A stretch of DNA of 37,801 bases from Deltaproteobacteria bacterium (GTDB lineage: Bacteria; Desulfobacterota; Dissulfuribacteria; Dissulfuribacterales; UBA3076). The stretch is from positions 1 through 37,801 of the forward strand of contig PQXE01000014.1 in NCBI GenBank assembly GCA_003194495.1, written 5' to 3'. Position 1 is the stretch's first letter, and every line of letters starts with the position of its first letter. Below are positions 17,477 to 26,477 of this stretch, in pieces. Below the pieces are notes generated by a model, which saw nothing but the letters and a program-made list of their open reading frames with translations, did no database searches and was not told where the DNA came from. A program made the position numbers and the translations under genes.

Positions 17477-18229
17477 ATGGACGATTATCAACTTTTAGTA
17501 GACCTACATAAGAGAGCAGAACGGCAAGGACCTGGAGGGGGCACCGAGACCAGAAAGGCTATCGACTTAGCTATGCTTGACCCGTCTGCACCATTAAAGG
17601 TTGCGGATATTGGTTGTGGAACAGGAGCCTCTACCATACAGCTTGCCCGCTCACTAAATGCCAAAATCACAGCTATAGATTTTTTACCCGACTTTATCGA
17701 AGTACTCAAAGGCAACGCCGAAAACCAAGGCTTAATTAACAGAATTAACCCTCTTGTATGTTCAATGGAGAACCTGCAATTTGACGATGAGGAATATGAT
17801 GTAATCTGGTCTGAGGGAGCCATATATAATATCGGCTTCGAGAAAGGAATAAATGACTGGAGACGTTTTTTGAAGCCCGGTGGGCTACTTGTTGTATCAG
17901 AAATTACCTGGATAACCAGTGATCGACCATTTGAAATCCAAAAGTACTGGCAAGCTGAGTATCCAGAAATAGATACAGCCTCCTCTAAGATCAATATATT
18001 GGAAAAGAGTGGTTATTCGCCGGTCGCGTACTTTGTTTTGCCAGAGCATTGCTGGTTGGAAAATTATTATCGGCCAATGCAAAGTAGTTTTACAGAGTTC
18101 CTTGCTAGGCATTCTTATAGTGAAAAAGCACAAACAATAGTTGATGCAGAAAATAAAGAAATAGCTTTGTATGAAAAATATAGAGCACATTACAGCTATG
18201 GAGTCTATGTTGCGAGAAAGCTTGGCTAG
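17477..18229 (+). CDS. Class I SAM-dependent methyltransferase (cassette 1)
   Basis: VADIGCGTG, ITAID, YDVIWSEGAIY, LKPGG. Confidence 0.9.
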   Translation: MDDYQLLVDLHKRAERQGPGGGTETRKAIDLAMLDPSAPLKVADIGCGTGASTIQLARSLNAKITAIDFLPDFIEVLKGNAENQGLINRINPLVCSMENLQFDDEEYDVIWSEGAIYNIGFEKGINDWRRFLKPGGLLVVSEITWITSDRPFEIQKYWQAEYPEIDTASSKINILEKSGYSPVAYFVLPEHCWLENYYRPMQSSFTEFLARHSYSEKAQTIVDAENKEIALYEKYRAHYSYGVYVARKLG

Positions 18230-18234
18230 CATAG

Positions 18235-18296
18235 CCATAACAAGGTTTTTGCAGCGGAGCGCAAAAAGCCGCGCCTGCTGAAAAGCGACGTTCGAC
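18235..18296 (+). other. attC site 1 (62 bp)
   Basis: CCATAAC...tttt[g]cagcgg[a]gcgc / gcgcctgctgaaaa...GTTCGAC, with two extrahelical bases. Confidence 0.88.
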
Positions 18297-18310
18297 GAGA
18301 CAAAGAAATA

Positions 18311-18343
18311 TTTACACATTAACCTAAATAAGTTATTATTTAG
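18311..18343 (+). promoter_or_regulatory. Cassette-internal promoter with operator
   Basis: TTTACA-17-TATTAT, overlapped by the inverted repeat CTAAATAA-gtta-TTATTTAG (18324-18343). Confidence 0.6.
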
Positions 18344-18345
18344 TT

Positions 18346-18588
18346 ATGTCGGAATATAACTATACGGAATATTTTGAAAATGAGGTATTACGAAAACGGC
18401 CTTATTTAAAGAAAGAGTGGTGTATTCAGGTCATAGAAAATCCCATCAAGGTTGAGCGTCAAGAGCATAACCGTTTTCGATTTTGGGGAGAAATAAAAGA
18501 ACTTGGTGGACGTGTATTAAGAGTAGTAACGCTTGATGATAAGAAGACTATTCATAATGCCTTCCCTGATAGGAGGTTCAGACTATGA
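18346..18588 (+). CDS. Putative TA toxin (DUF4258/BrnT-RelE-like fold), cassette 2
   Basis: 80 aa with RFRFWG...RVLRVV...TIHNAFPDR; ATGA overlap with a DUF2283 gene. Confidence 0.7.
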   Translation: MSEYNYTEYFENEVLRKRPYLKKEWCIQVIENPIKVERQEHNRFRFWGEIKELGGRVLRVVTLDDKKTIHNAFPDRRFRL

Positions 18589-18803
18589 AACTAAATTATT
18601 ATCATGAAACAGATTCACTCTATATTGATCTATCTTCTAAAACAAGCACGGAAAGCGTAGAAATATCCGAAGGTATCGTCATAGACTATGATGAAGATGG
18701 TCATATAACAGGGATTGACATCGATAATGCAAGTCGCAAAATCGACCTTAAAGAAATTATTCTGAATAAAGTACCCGCACAACTTCAGGCAATTACGGCT
18801 TAA
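18585..18803 (+). CDS. DUF2283 family protein (putative antitoxin), cassette 2
   Basis: MKLNYYHETDSLYIDL...GIVIDYDEDGHITGIDIDNAS. Confidence 0.85.
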   Translation: MKLNYYHETDSLYIDLSSKTSTESVEISEGIVIDYDEDGHITGIDIDNASRKIDLKEIILNKVPAQLQAITA

Positions 18804-18813
18804 TCAAAAAAAC

Positions 18814-18939
18814 GTCGAACCAGTCAGTTCACCCGACCCGAAAAGCCGGAGCGTTCTTCGCGTCAACATCATTTTGTGTATAACTTTACATCTGCCAATT
18901 TCATTCTGGCTTTTCCGGCTGGTGACTTCAGCGTTCGCT
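18814..18939 (+). other. attC site 2 (126 bp)
   Basis: GTCGAAC...agt[t]cacccg[a]cccgaaaagccgga / tctggcttttccggctggtgact...GTTCGCT. Confidence 0.85.
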
Positions 18940-18950
18940 GAAAATAAATA

Positions 18951-18979
18951 TTGACAAGCGTAACCCAAAAGGTTACATT
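18951..18979 (+). promoter_or_regulatory. higBA promoter with operator
   Basis: TTGACA-17-TACATT, with the palindrome GTAACC-caaaa-GGTTAC in the spacer. Confidence 0.8.
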
Positions 18980-18986
18980 TGTGTTT

Positions 18987-19265
18987 ATGATTAAATCTTT
19001 CAAACATAAAGGATTGGAGGACTTTTTTTATACAGACAGCAAGAGAGGCATTAAGCCCGATCATGCAAACAGACTTACAAGAATCCTTGACCGGCTTAAT
19101 GCCGCAAACGAAATAAAAGATATGAATTATCCAGGTTCTTTTCTTCACCAATTGAGTGGCGACAAAAAGGGCCTTCATGCAGTAAAAGTTTCAGGAAATT
19201 GGCGAGTCTTTTTTAAATTTATTGATGGCGATGCCTATATCGTCGATTACGATGATTATCATTAG
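18987..19265 (+). CDS. higB: HigB toxin (RelE superfamily), cassette 3
   Basis: MIKSFKHKGLEDFF...LHQLSG...VSGNWRVFFKF...VDYDDYH. Confidence 0.92.
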   Translation: MIKSFKHKGLEDFFYTDSKRGIKPDHANRLTRILDRLNAANEIKDMNYPGSFLHQLSGDKKGLHAVKVSGNWRVFFKFIDGDAYIVDYDDYH

Positions 19266-19276
19266 GAATTATAATA

Positions 19277-19591
19277 ATGAGAAGAATGATTAGACGTCCA
19301 ACACATCCGGGCAACATTATAAAAGAAGATTATCTTTTGCCCCTGTCCATAACAATCAAGGATATGGCTGATACTCTCGGTGTTTCCAGGAAAACATTAT
19401 CTAAAATTATAAATGAAAAAGGCGCTATAACTCCTGATATGGCTTTACGCTTATCGCGTGCCTTTGATACTACGCCTGATCTTTGGTTAAGCTTGCAAAA
19501 AAACTATGATTTATGGCAGGCAGAGCATGTCTCAAAGGCATGGCAAACTGTCAAGCCCATTTCACCACAATTGCTCCATCATCAAGGATAA
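19277..19591 (+). CDS. higA: HigA antitoxin (XRE HTH), cassette 3
   Basis: PTHPGNII...LGVSRKTLSKIIN...ITPDMALRLS...WLSLQ..YDLW. Confidence 0.93.
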   Translation: MRRMIRRPTHPGNIIKEDYLLPLSITIKDMADTLGVSRKTLSKIINEKGAITPDMALRLSRAFDTTPDLWLSLQKNYDLWQAEHVSKAWQTVKPISPQLLHHQG

Positions 19592-19594
19592 AAC

Positions 19595-19719
19595 AGCAAA
19601 CAACGCCATGCACTCAGATGGGCAGGGTCGTGCGGTTTGAGTTTTTACCAATTTTTATGTTTACTTACCATTTACAAAGGCACGGTTACCCTGCCCACTG
19701 GTGATGGCAAACGTTCGTA
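19595..19719 (+). other. attC site 3 (125 bp)
   Basis: AGCAAAC...gccat[g]cac[t]cag[a]tgggcagggt / accctgcccactggtgatggc...GTTCGTA. Confidence 0.85.
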
Positions 19720-19829
19720 GTTCGTAGAACCGTTGATTTGTGAGTTCTTCCTGCCCACTCGCCAAGCTTGCGAGGCAGACGGGAATGGAGAAGGCATAAG
19801 AATAGAACAATAGAGTAATCAACAATCAT

Positions 19830-22800
19830 CTATTTAAAGGCCACCTCGGCCGTATCCCTGAAGGACATGTTATTTATGACGGCACTGATTATAGATTTCC
19901 CTTGCTTTGTTGAGCTAATACGCCCTGTAGCTAATCCTATTTTGTTTGTTTTAGGGGGCTGTTGAATAATATCAACTTGTCTGTCAGAGATAAGTCTGAC
20001 CCGGACCCCTGGAACAAGGTTGTTATGGGCGTCTCGCACATCAACCACAATCTCCGCAGAACTGTTTCCATCAGCCGGCACGCTGGTATGACTGACGCGA
20101 AGCCGTGAATTTTCAGGATTCGGATTGCCCGGAACGACTGCCACATAGGCCTCTGACCGTAATTTTTCAAAACTTGCGGTTACCTTACCCCTTCCCTGTT
20201 TGGTGGCACGAAATATCCCCGGTGACTCAAAAACGCCGATGTCTCCCTGAACACCCCATTCGACAATAGGGACAGGCACGCTATCTTTTTTAACATCCAA
20301 TCCTGTGACCACAAATTCCTGGACTTTATTGGACACCACAGTCACCGGATTGGGTTCAATAAAGAGGTACTTCAGGTCACCAGGCTTGATTTCCACGCAT
20401 GTATCGGCAACAACCGTGCCGCTGTGAGCAACCACTGTTCCTTTACCAACTTTAGCTGCATGAAAGGTGCCGGAGTCCATTTCAATATGACCAATATCTT
20501 CTGTTACCGCCCACTCTATCTTGGCAGGGACAGCATTTCCTCCTAAATCATAACCAACAGCGGTAAAATGATATGATTTCCCTGCGATGATATCGGTCGC
20601 AGGGGACTTAATCTGCAGGTATTTAAGCTCACCGGGGGTTACCTCAATGTCAATGGAAGTCTCAGCGCCGTCTGATTCCGCCGTCACCTTCCCTTTGCCT
20701 GCTTTTTGGGCCTTAAATACCCCTTTGCCGGTAATCTGCCCCAGATCATTGGGATCTGCGGACCAACTGGCGGAAATGGAGACATTGTTGTCAAATTCAT
20801 CTTTTCCCAAAGCTTTCAAATGAACTTCTTCACCAGCTACAAGACTTACCTGTTTTGGAGAAATCAACAATTGCTTTACGAAAGAGGGTCCCACGCTTAT
20901 CTCGCTGTATCCTTGTTTGTCACCTGCCGATGCCACTATTTTCCCATGACCGGTTTTCCCGGGCAGGAAAACCCCCTGCGCTGTAAATTTTCCCAGATCT
21001 TTCCCTGCATCTAATTGCCATGCGAAGTCTGCGGATGCGATATTGCCGTATGCATCGTACGCCGTAGCTGTAAATGTATACGATTGGCCTGCTGTCAAGG
21101 TCATTTCCGCAGGAGCCACCTTGATACTATTAACCGGACCTGGTTGAACGGTGATACTGCTCACCCCGAAAGTGTTTTTCATCCGGCATGAAGCATATCC
21201 CTGACCTGCAGTTCGTGCATGAAATACCCCGGTCTTGTCTATGTCGCCTATTCCTCCTGAGACAGACCAAACAGGCTCTAATTGCACTTTGTTTCCTTCA
21301 TTATCATATCCTGTTGCCTTAAAAGCGATTTGTGAACCTGCATAAATCTTGTGCATTTTCGGATCAATTTCGATCCGGTCCAACTCGCCGGCATTGATTT
21401 CAACAGGGATTTCCGCAACTATGCTCCCTGAGGTTATTGTGATGTTTCCATCTCCTGCTTTGTGCGCCACAAATACGTTGTCCTTGGTAACGTTTCCCAG
21501 TTCGCGCTCGACCACAAAACGATAGTCAGGCTTGGGAATAAGATTCCCGTTGGCATCAAATACCTTAACCTGAATTTTTACCCTATCACCCGCAACAGCT
21601 TTGATCTTTTTTATACTTACATCTATCGTGGCGGGCTCACCGGGTACGACTTCAACTTCGGCGGTTGCATTAATGTCGTTCAACTTGGCAGTGACTTTGC
21701 CCTTACCGATTTTTTTAGTCACAAGAATTCCGTCCTTATCAATGCTGCCAAGGTCTTGTTGCGCGGACCACTCAGGCCTGACGGCAAGCTCGTTGCATCC
21801 TGCATCAAGGCAAACGGCCTTAAATTGAAACTCTTCACCTGAACGAATAATCTTTTCTTCAGGGAACACCTTGATTGCAGACAACGGGCCGTCTTTCACT
21901 TCTATGGCAATCATTTCAGCAATATTGCGTGCAGTAGCCACGATAAAACCCTTGCCGGTTTTTCCCGCAGCAAAAAGGCCGTCAGTGGTAATATTCCCCA
22001 GCTTTTTGTCTGTGATGCTCCAAAGAATATTCGCAGGGACCACATTGCCGAACCTATCTTCGCCTACAGCCTCAAGGCTCACTTTGTCTCCGGATTTTAC
22101 TGATAAAGCCTCTGGTGTGATTTTCAAAAAAGAGAGTTCTGCCGGTCGTACCTGTACTTCTGCCTCTGCTATAATACCGTTGCCGGCAGCCCTGATTTTT
22201 CCATTCCCAGCTTTAATGGCCTGAAAGAGTCCGTTACCGTCAATATCGCCGGCAGGATAGGCCGCTACGGTCCATTTGATCGGTGCCTCTGCCTTGTTTC
22301 CATAAGCATCATAAGTTGCAGCGACAAACTGTCTTTCTTCTCCAGCTGACATCCGGGCCTTTGCGGGTTCAATTCTGATTTCTGACGGTTCACCTGGTAT
22401 TACGCGTAAAGAAGCGTCGGCTTTTAAGGATTTGCCGGTCTTCAAGCTCTCGAATGTTGCGACGACCTGCCCCTGGCCGGATTTTGTCACAACCATTACA
22501 CCTTGACTGTTTATGGTCCCCAAGTCAGGTGAAAGACTCCATTTAACATCCGCCTTTACCGTATTACCATATGGATCAAGTCCGAAGGCTGTAAATTGCA
22601 GCTCTTTGCCTGCCTCAAGAGATACCGGCCCTTTAGGTTCAATAACTGCTGTTTCTATATCCGCAGGAACGATAGCAATGTTGCTGCTTGTCTTTATTTC
22701 TCCGATTCGAGCCTCAATGACCGTATTTCCCGCCTTTTTTGCTATAAATACACCACCTTGAGCCAATTCGCCCAGCTTCTTCGTTACGGACAAATTCGCC

Positions 22801-24332
22801 TGCGTGGAGACCTGATTTCCAAAGCTATCGTACCCGGTCACCTTGAATTTTATGGATTCTCCTGCAACCATGTTTACGTTTCCAGGTGATATTTGCAGCC
22901 TGGACAGAGTAGATGGGATTATTTTAATCTTGTGTGATTTAAGTATGTTGCCGACTTTAACCGTAATTTCTCCCATACCCGCATACATGGCATGAAAAGT
23001 GGCTTCTTTCGCATCGATAGTTCCAAGAGACTTGGTTAAAGACCATTGTGGGACTATGGAGAAGTGATTACCAAAGGCATCTACACCCCGAGCGTGTAAA
23101 CTTACGGTTTTTCCCGCCTCTATCTGTTTTTCCTTGATATCTATCTGGATATCTGTAAGCGGGCCATGTTCCACTTCCGCCTCGATTTGTGCGGAAACAT
23201 CACCTTTCGAGGCCCTGATTATGCCCTTTCCCGCCTTTTTGGCAATAAAAACGTCTTCTCCGGAGACAGTGCCCAGACCTTTTTCAACTGTCCACGTTAC
23301 GTCAACCGGCAAGCAATAGCCAAACTGGTTATATCCTTTAACACTGATTTTAGTACTCTGGCCTGCTTTTGTTCTTATTTCCTTCGGTTTGAGTTCAATC
23401 TTGGTCGGATTGCCTTCAACTATAGTAAACGTGCTTCCCTGAGTAACATCTTTAAACTGGGCCACTACAATGCCTTTGCCCAACTTTTCCATAATAACCG
23501 ACCCATTGTCGTCCTTTAGTCCGGCATTATTGCCGACCAGTGACCATCGGGCCTGAACAGGACAGTGATTTTTAAATTTATCATACCCCTCTGTCCTAAA
23601 CCGGACAGTCTCTCCGATCTCAAATCTCTCTTTTTCAGGTATTATTACTATACGGGTTATTTTTGTTCCCAATATTTCAATTTTTTTTGTGATTTCAGAC
23701 GTTTTTAATACTACTACATTAAGGCCGGGGGTTGACGACAGTATCACATCGAATTCTGCTTCACCTTGTTGGTTCAGGGTTAACTCCTCTGTGGATAGAA
23801 CGACTCCTTCTGTTGAGGATGATACGGATATCCGGTTAAAGCCAGCCGGAGTTTCATCCTTTGACAGTCCATTAATCTTGATATGGGCGCTTGTTCCAGC
23901 CGGCACCTTGTCTTTGTCCAACAAAACATGGATCTGAGCCACTTCTATCGGCTTGATTGTCACCCGGGCCTCTGCAGAGAGATATCCTAAAGTTGCTTTA
24001 ACCACGACATTGCCCGGCATTTTCGCAATAAACCGGCCTTTTTCATCGATAAGGCCTGCTTCGCCATCAACAGTCCAATCGACCTTAACGCCGGACATTT
24101 CCTTATTTTTCTTTGAAATGGCAGCGGCTTTAAAGGTCACTGTCTCACCCACTGACAGAGTTTTTTCAGTTGGTGTGATCTCAAGTTTTTTAGGTTCAGG
24201 CTTACCACAGCCACTCAGGATACTAGAAAACAAAAGGACTATGATTCCAATTGGATAAAGCCTTTGGATCATTGCCGGATAGCCAGGCAGATACCCTTTA
24301 TCAAGAATTGACATTTCATATCTCCTTTTCAT
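19830..24332 (-). CDS. Large surface lipoprotein with ~17 tandem bacterial Ig-like domains (putative adhesin)
   Basis: Hydrophobic stretch plus lipobox LSGC; ~84-aa repeats (I.P..AG..F.A.G.D..GN...W...G.I..G.F.A.K.G.G.V.A); last domain is invasin/Big_1-like (VPADG...VRDAHNNLVPG). Exact start uncertain. Confidence 0.85.
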   Translation of the reverse strand: MKRRYEMSILDKGYLPGYPAMIQRLYPIGIIVLLFSSILSGCGKPEPKKLEITPTEKTLSVGETVTFKAAAISKKNKEMSGVKVDWTVDGEAGLIDEKGRFIAKMPGNVVVKATLGYLSAEARVTIKPIEVAQIHVLLDKDKVPAGTSAHIKINGLSKDETPAGFNRISVSSSTEGVVLSTEELTLNQQGEAEFDVILSSTPGLNVVVLKTSEITKKIEILGTKITRIVIIPEKERFEIGETVRFRTEGYDKFKNHCPVQARWSLVGNNAGLKDDNGSVIMEKLGKGIVVAQFKDVTQGSTFTIVEGNPTKIELKPKEIRTKAGQSTKISVKGYNQFGYCLPVDVTWTVEKGLGTVSGEDVFIAKKAGKGIIRASKGDVSAQIEAEVEHGPLTDIQIDIKEKQIEAGKTVSLHARGVDAFGNHFSIVPQWSLTKSLGTIDAKEATFHAMYAGMGEITVKVGNILKSHKIKIIPSTLSRLQISPGNVNMVAGESIKFKVTGYDSFGNQVSTQANLSVTKKLGELAQGGVFIAKKAGNTVIEARIGEIKTSSNIAIVPADIETAVIEPKGPVSLEAGKELQFTAFGLDPYGNTVKADVKWSLSPDLGTINSQGVMVVTKSGQGQVVATFESLKTGKSLKADASLRVIPGEPSEIRIEPAKARMSAGEERQFVAATYDAYGNKAEAPIKWTVAAYPAGDIDGNGLFQAIKAGNGKIRAAGNGIIAEAEVQVRPAELSFLKITPEALSVKSGDKVSLEAVGEDRFGNVVPANILWSITDKKLGNITTDGLFAAGKTGKGFIVATARNIAEMIAIEVKDGPLSAIKVFPEEKIIRSGEEFQFKAVCLDAGCNELAVRPEWSAQQDLGSIDKDGILVTKKIGKGKVTAKLNDINATAEVEVVPGEPATIDVSIKKIKAVAGDRVKIQVKVFDANGNLIPKPDYRFVVERELGNVTKDNVFVAHKAGDGNITITSGSIVAEIPVEINAGELDRIEIDPKMHKIYAGSQIAFKATGYDNEGNKVQLEPVWSVSGGIGDIDKTGVFHARTAGQGYASCRMKNTFGVSSITVQPGPVNSIKVAPAEMTLTAGQSYTFTATAYDAYGNIASADFAWQLDAGKDLGKFTAQGVFLPGKTGHGKIVASAGDKQGYSEISVGPSFVKQLLISPKQVSLVAGEEVHLKALGKDEFDNNVSISASWSADPNDLGQITGKGVFKAQKAGKGKVTAESDGAETSIDIEVTPGELKYLQIKSPATDIIAGKSYHFTAVGYDLGGNAVPAKIEWAVTEDIGHIEMDSGTFHAAKVGKGTVVAHSGTVVADTCVEIKPGDLKYLFIEPNPVTVVSNKVQEFVVTGLDVKKDSVPVPIVEWGVQGDIGVFESPGIFRATKQGRGKVTASFEKLRSEAYVAVVPGNPNPENSRLRVSHTSVPADGNSSAEIVVDVRDAHNNLVPGVRVRLISDRQVDIIQQPPKTNKIGLATGRISSTKQGKSIISAVINNMSFRDTAEVAFK

Positions 24333-24551
24333 ATAACAGTCTTGATCATCTTTTCGGACAATACGATGTTAAACTATAGAAGGATGCCCATTATTTTATA
24401 ATATACTATTCCAAAATACCAGAACTGATATTATGCTGAAAAGATGTAGATGCGTTACCTAATTTCAAACTTCGAATTTCCAGTTTCAACATCAGCACTC
24501 AATTCTATAATCCACCCTTTTGGGGAATAAGTGTAAACCGGCGAATGAAGG

Positions 24552-26474
24552 ATGCCAAATTACTCAATGAAAAACAGATTTTATATTACAACACCCATTT
24601 ACTATGTGAATGCAGAACCTCATCTGGGACACGCATATTCAACTGTGATTACGGATGTGCTGAACCGGTTCCACAAGCTTCGCGGGGAGGAGACCTTTTT
24701 CCTGACCGGAACAGATGAACATGGGGACAAAATTGTTCAGGCAGCAGAGAAGCAGGGAACAGACCCAAAAACCTTTGCAGACAGGATAAGCTCCTTGTTC
24801 ATGGAGTCCTGGCCCCTTCTGGACATTGAGCCTGACAGATTTATTCGCACCACGGATCCGGAACATGTTGCAACTGTTCAGCGCATATTGCAGGAGGTCT
24901 ATGACAGAGGGGACATAGTTTTCAGGGAATATGAGGGGCTTTACTGTTTTGGGTGTGAACGCTTTTATATGGAACGGGAGCTTGAGGACGGAAAGTGCCC
25001 GGACCATGGTACTGTCCCAGTACGGTTGAAGGAAAAAAATTATTTCTTTCTTATGAGCCGGTATCAGGACTGGCTGATAGACCATATAAAGAAGCACCCG
25101 TTGTTCATCACGCCTGAGCGTTACAGAAATGAAGTGCTGTCCTTCTTAAAGGACCCCCTGGATGACCTCTGCATCTCAAGGCCCGTCAGCCGTCTCACGT
25201 GGGGCATACCCCTTCCGTTTGACGATAAATTTGTAACCTATGTCTGGTTTGATGCCCTGATCAACTACCTGACCGGGTTGGGATATCCGGATGACCCCGA
25301 TTTTTCAAAATTCTGGCCGGTGGCCGAACACGTGATAGCCAAAGATATCCTGAAACCACACGGCATTTACTGGCCCACCATGCTTAAGGCCATTGGACTT
25401 GAGCCGTATAGGCGTCTCCATGTCCACGGCTACTGGCAGATTCGTGATCAGAAGATGTCCAAGAGCCTTGGAAACATAACAAGACCGAGGGACCTGGTTG
25501 AGTCCTTTGGTGTAGATGCAACCAGGTACTGTTTGATGCAGGAGATGGCCTTTGGCCTGGATGCCGGATTCAGCGAAAAATCCTTCTTGCTGAGGATAAA
25601 CGCTGATCTTGCCAATGACCTGGGAAATCTTGTGAGTCGCACCCTGGCCATGGTCCGGAAATATATCAATGGAGAGGTCCCTGCACCTCATGAACCGGAG
25701 GGAGTGGAAAAAGATCTGCGTGAGGCTGCGCTCAGTCTGGTACCCGCCTGGGAAAAGACCATGGAGTCCTTTGCAGTACACAGGGCCATGCAGGCAGTCT
25801 GGGAAGTAATAAATAAGGCCAATAAAGTGATTGATATATCCGCCCCATGGGTCTTGGCCAAGGACCCGGCTAAAGCCGGCCGGTTGAGGAATGTTCTTTA
25901 TACACTCCTTGAGTCGCTTCGAATTCTTTCAATACTGGTAGCCCCTGTGATGCCGTCAACCGCCAAGAAAATGCAGGAAGCCATAGGTCTTGATCCGCAG
26001 GAGGACCTGAATCTTGACGCGGCCCGGCGATGGGGAATACTGACTCCCGGGACCAAGACCTCACGCATACCGTCCCTGTTTCCCAGGTTGGAAACAGGTA
26101 AAGCAAAGGACAAGAAGGAGGTCAAAAAAAAGACTGTGTCTGAAGATGCTGGAAAACAAATTTCCTTTGAGGATTTTCAACAGATAGACCTCAGGATAGC
26201 AAAGATAACGGCTGCCGAGAGGGTACCCAAGGCAGATAGACTTATTAAGCTTAACGTATGCTGCCCGGAAGAACGAACTATTGTAGCCGGTATTGCGGAA
26301 CACTTTTCACCTGAAGATCTTGTCGGCAGACAGGTAGTTGTGGTTGCCAATCTCAAGCCGGTAAAGATCATGGGAGTACAATCCGAGGGGATGTTGCTTG
26401 TGGTCAAAGACGATAAGGGCCTTCATCTGACTACCGTGGCCACTCCGGCAGAATCAGGGGCAAAGGTGAGATGA
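24552..26474 (+). CDS. metG: Methionine--tRNA ligase with C-terminal tRNA-binding domain
   Basis: YITTPIYYVN, HLGH, GTDEHG, YVWFDAL, KMSKS, NLKP...SEGM. Confidence 0.97.
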   Translation: MPNYSMKNRFYITTPIYYVNAEPHLGHAYSTVITDVLNRFHKLRGEETFFLTGTDEHGDKIVQAAEKQGTDPKTFADRISSLFMESWPLLDIEPDRFIRTTDPEHVATVQRILQEVYDRGDIVFREYEGLYCFGCERFYMERELEDGKCPDHGTVPVRLKEKNYFFLMSRYQDWLIDHIKKHPLFITPERYRNEVLSFLKDPLDDLCISRPVSRLTWGIPLPFDDKFVTYVWFDALINYLTGLGYPDDPDFSKFWPVAEHVIAKDILKPHGIYWPTMLKAIGLEPYRRLHVHGYWQIRDQKMSKSLGNITRPRDLVESFGVDATRYCLMQEMAFGLDAGFSEKSFLLRINADLANDLGNLVSRTLAMVRKYINGEVPAPHEPEGVEKDLREAALSLVPAWEKTMESFAVHRAMQAVWEVINKANKVIDISAPWVLAKDPAKAGRLRNVLYTLLESLRILSILVAPVMPSTAKKMQEAIGLDPQEDLNLDAARRWGILTPGTKTSRIPSLFPRLETGKAKDKKEVKKKTVSEDAGKQISFEDFQQIDLRIAKITAAERVPKADRLIKLNVCCPEERTIVAGIAEHFSPEDLVGRQVVVVANLKPVKIMGVQSEGMLLVVKDDKGLHLTTVATPAESGAKVR

Positions 26475-26477
26475 TTT

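Larger units (their letters stand above)
17450..19719 (+). mobile_element. Integron gene-cassette array without adjacent integrase (CALIN), three cassettes
   Basis: Three attC hairpins, each R'' complementary to the core at the start of its own cassette: GTTATGGC/GCCATAAC, GTTCGACG/CGTCGAAC, GTTCGCTG/CAGCAAAC (one mismatch). Confidence 0.88.

Noticed and set aside
24333-24551. T-box or SAM riboswitch upstream of metG (likewise upstream of cysS)
   Set aside because: No T-box or SAM-I consensus visible; the spacers are short divergent promoter regions.
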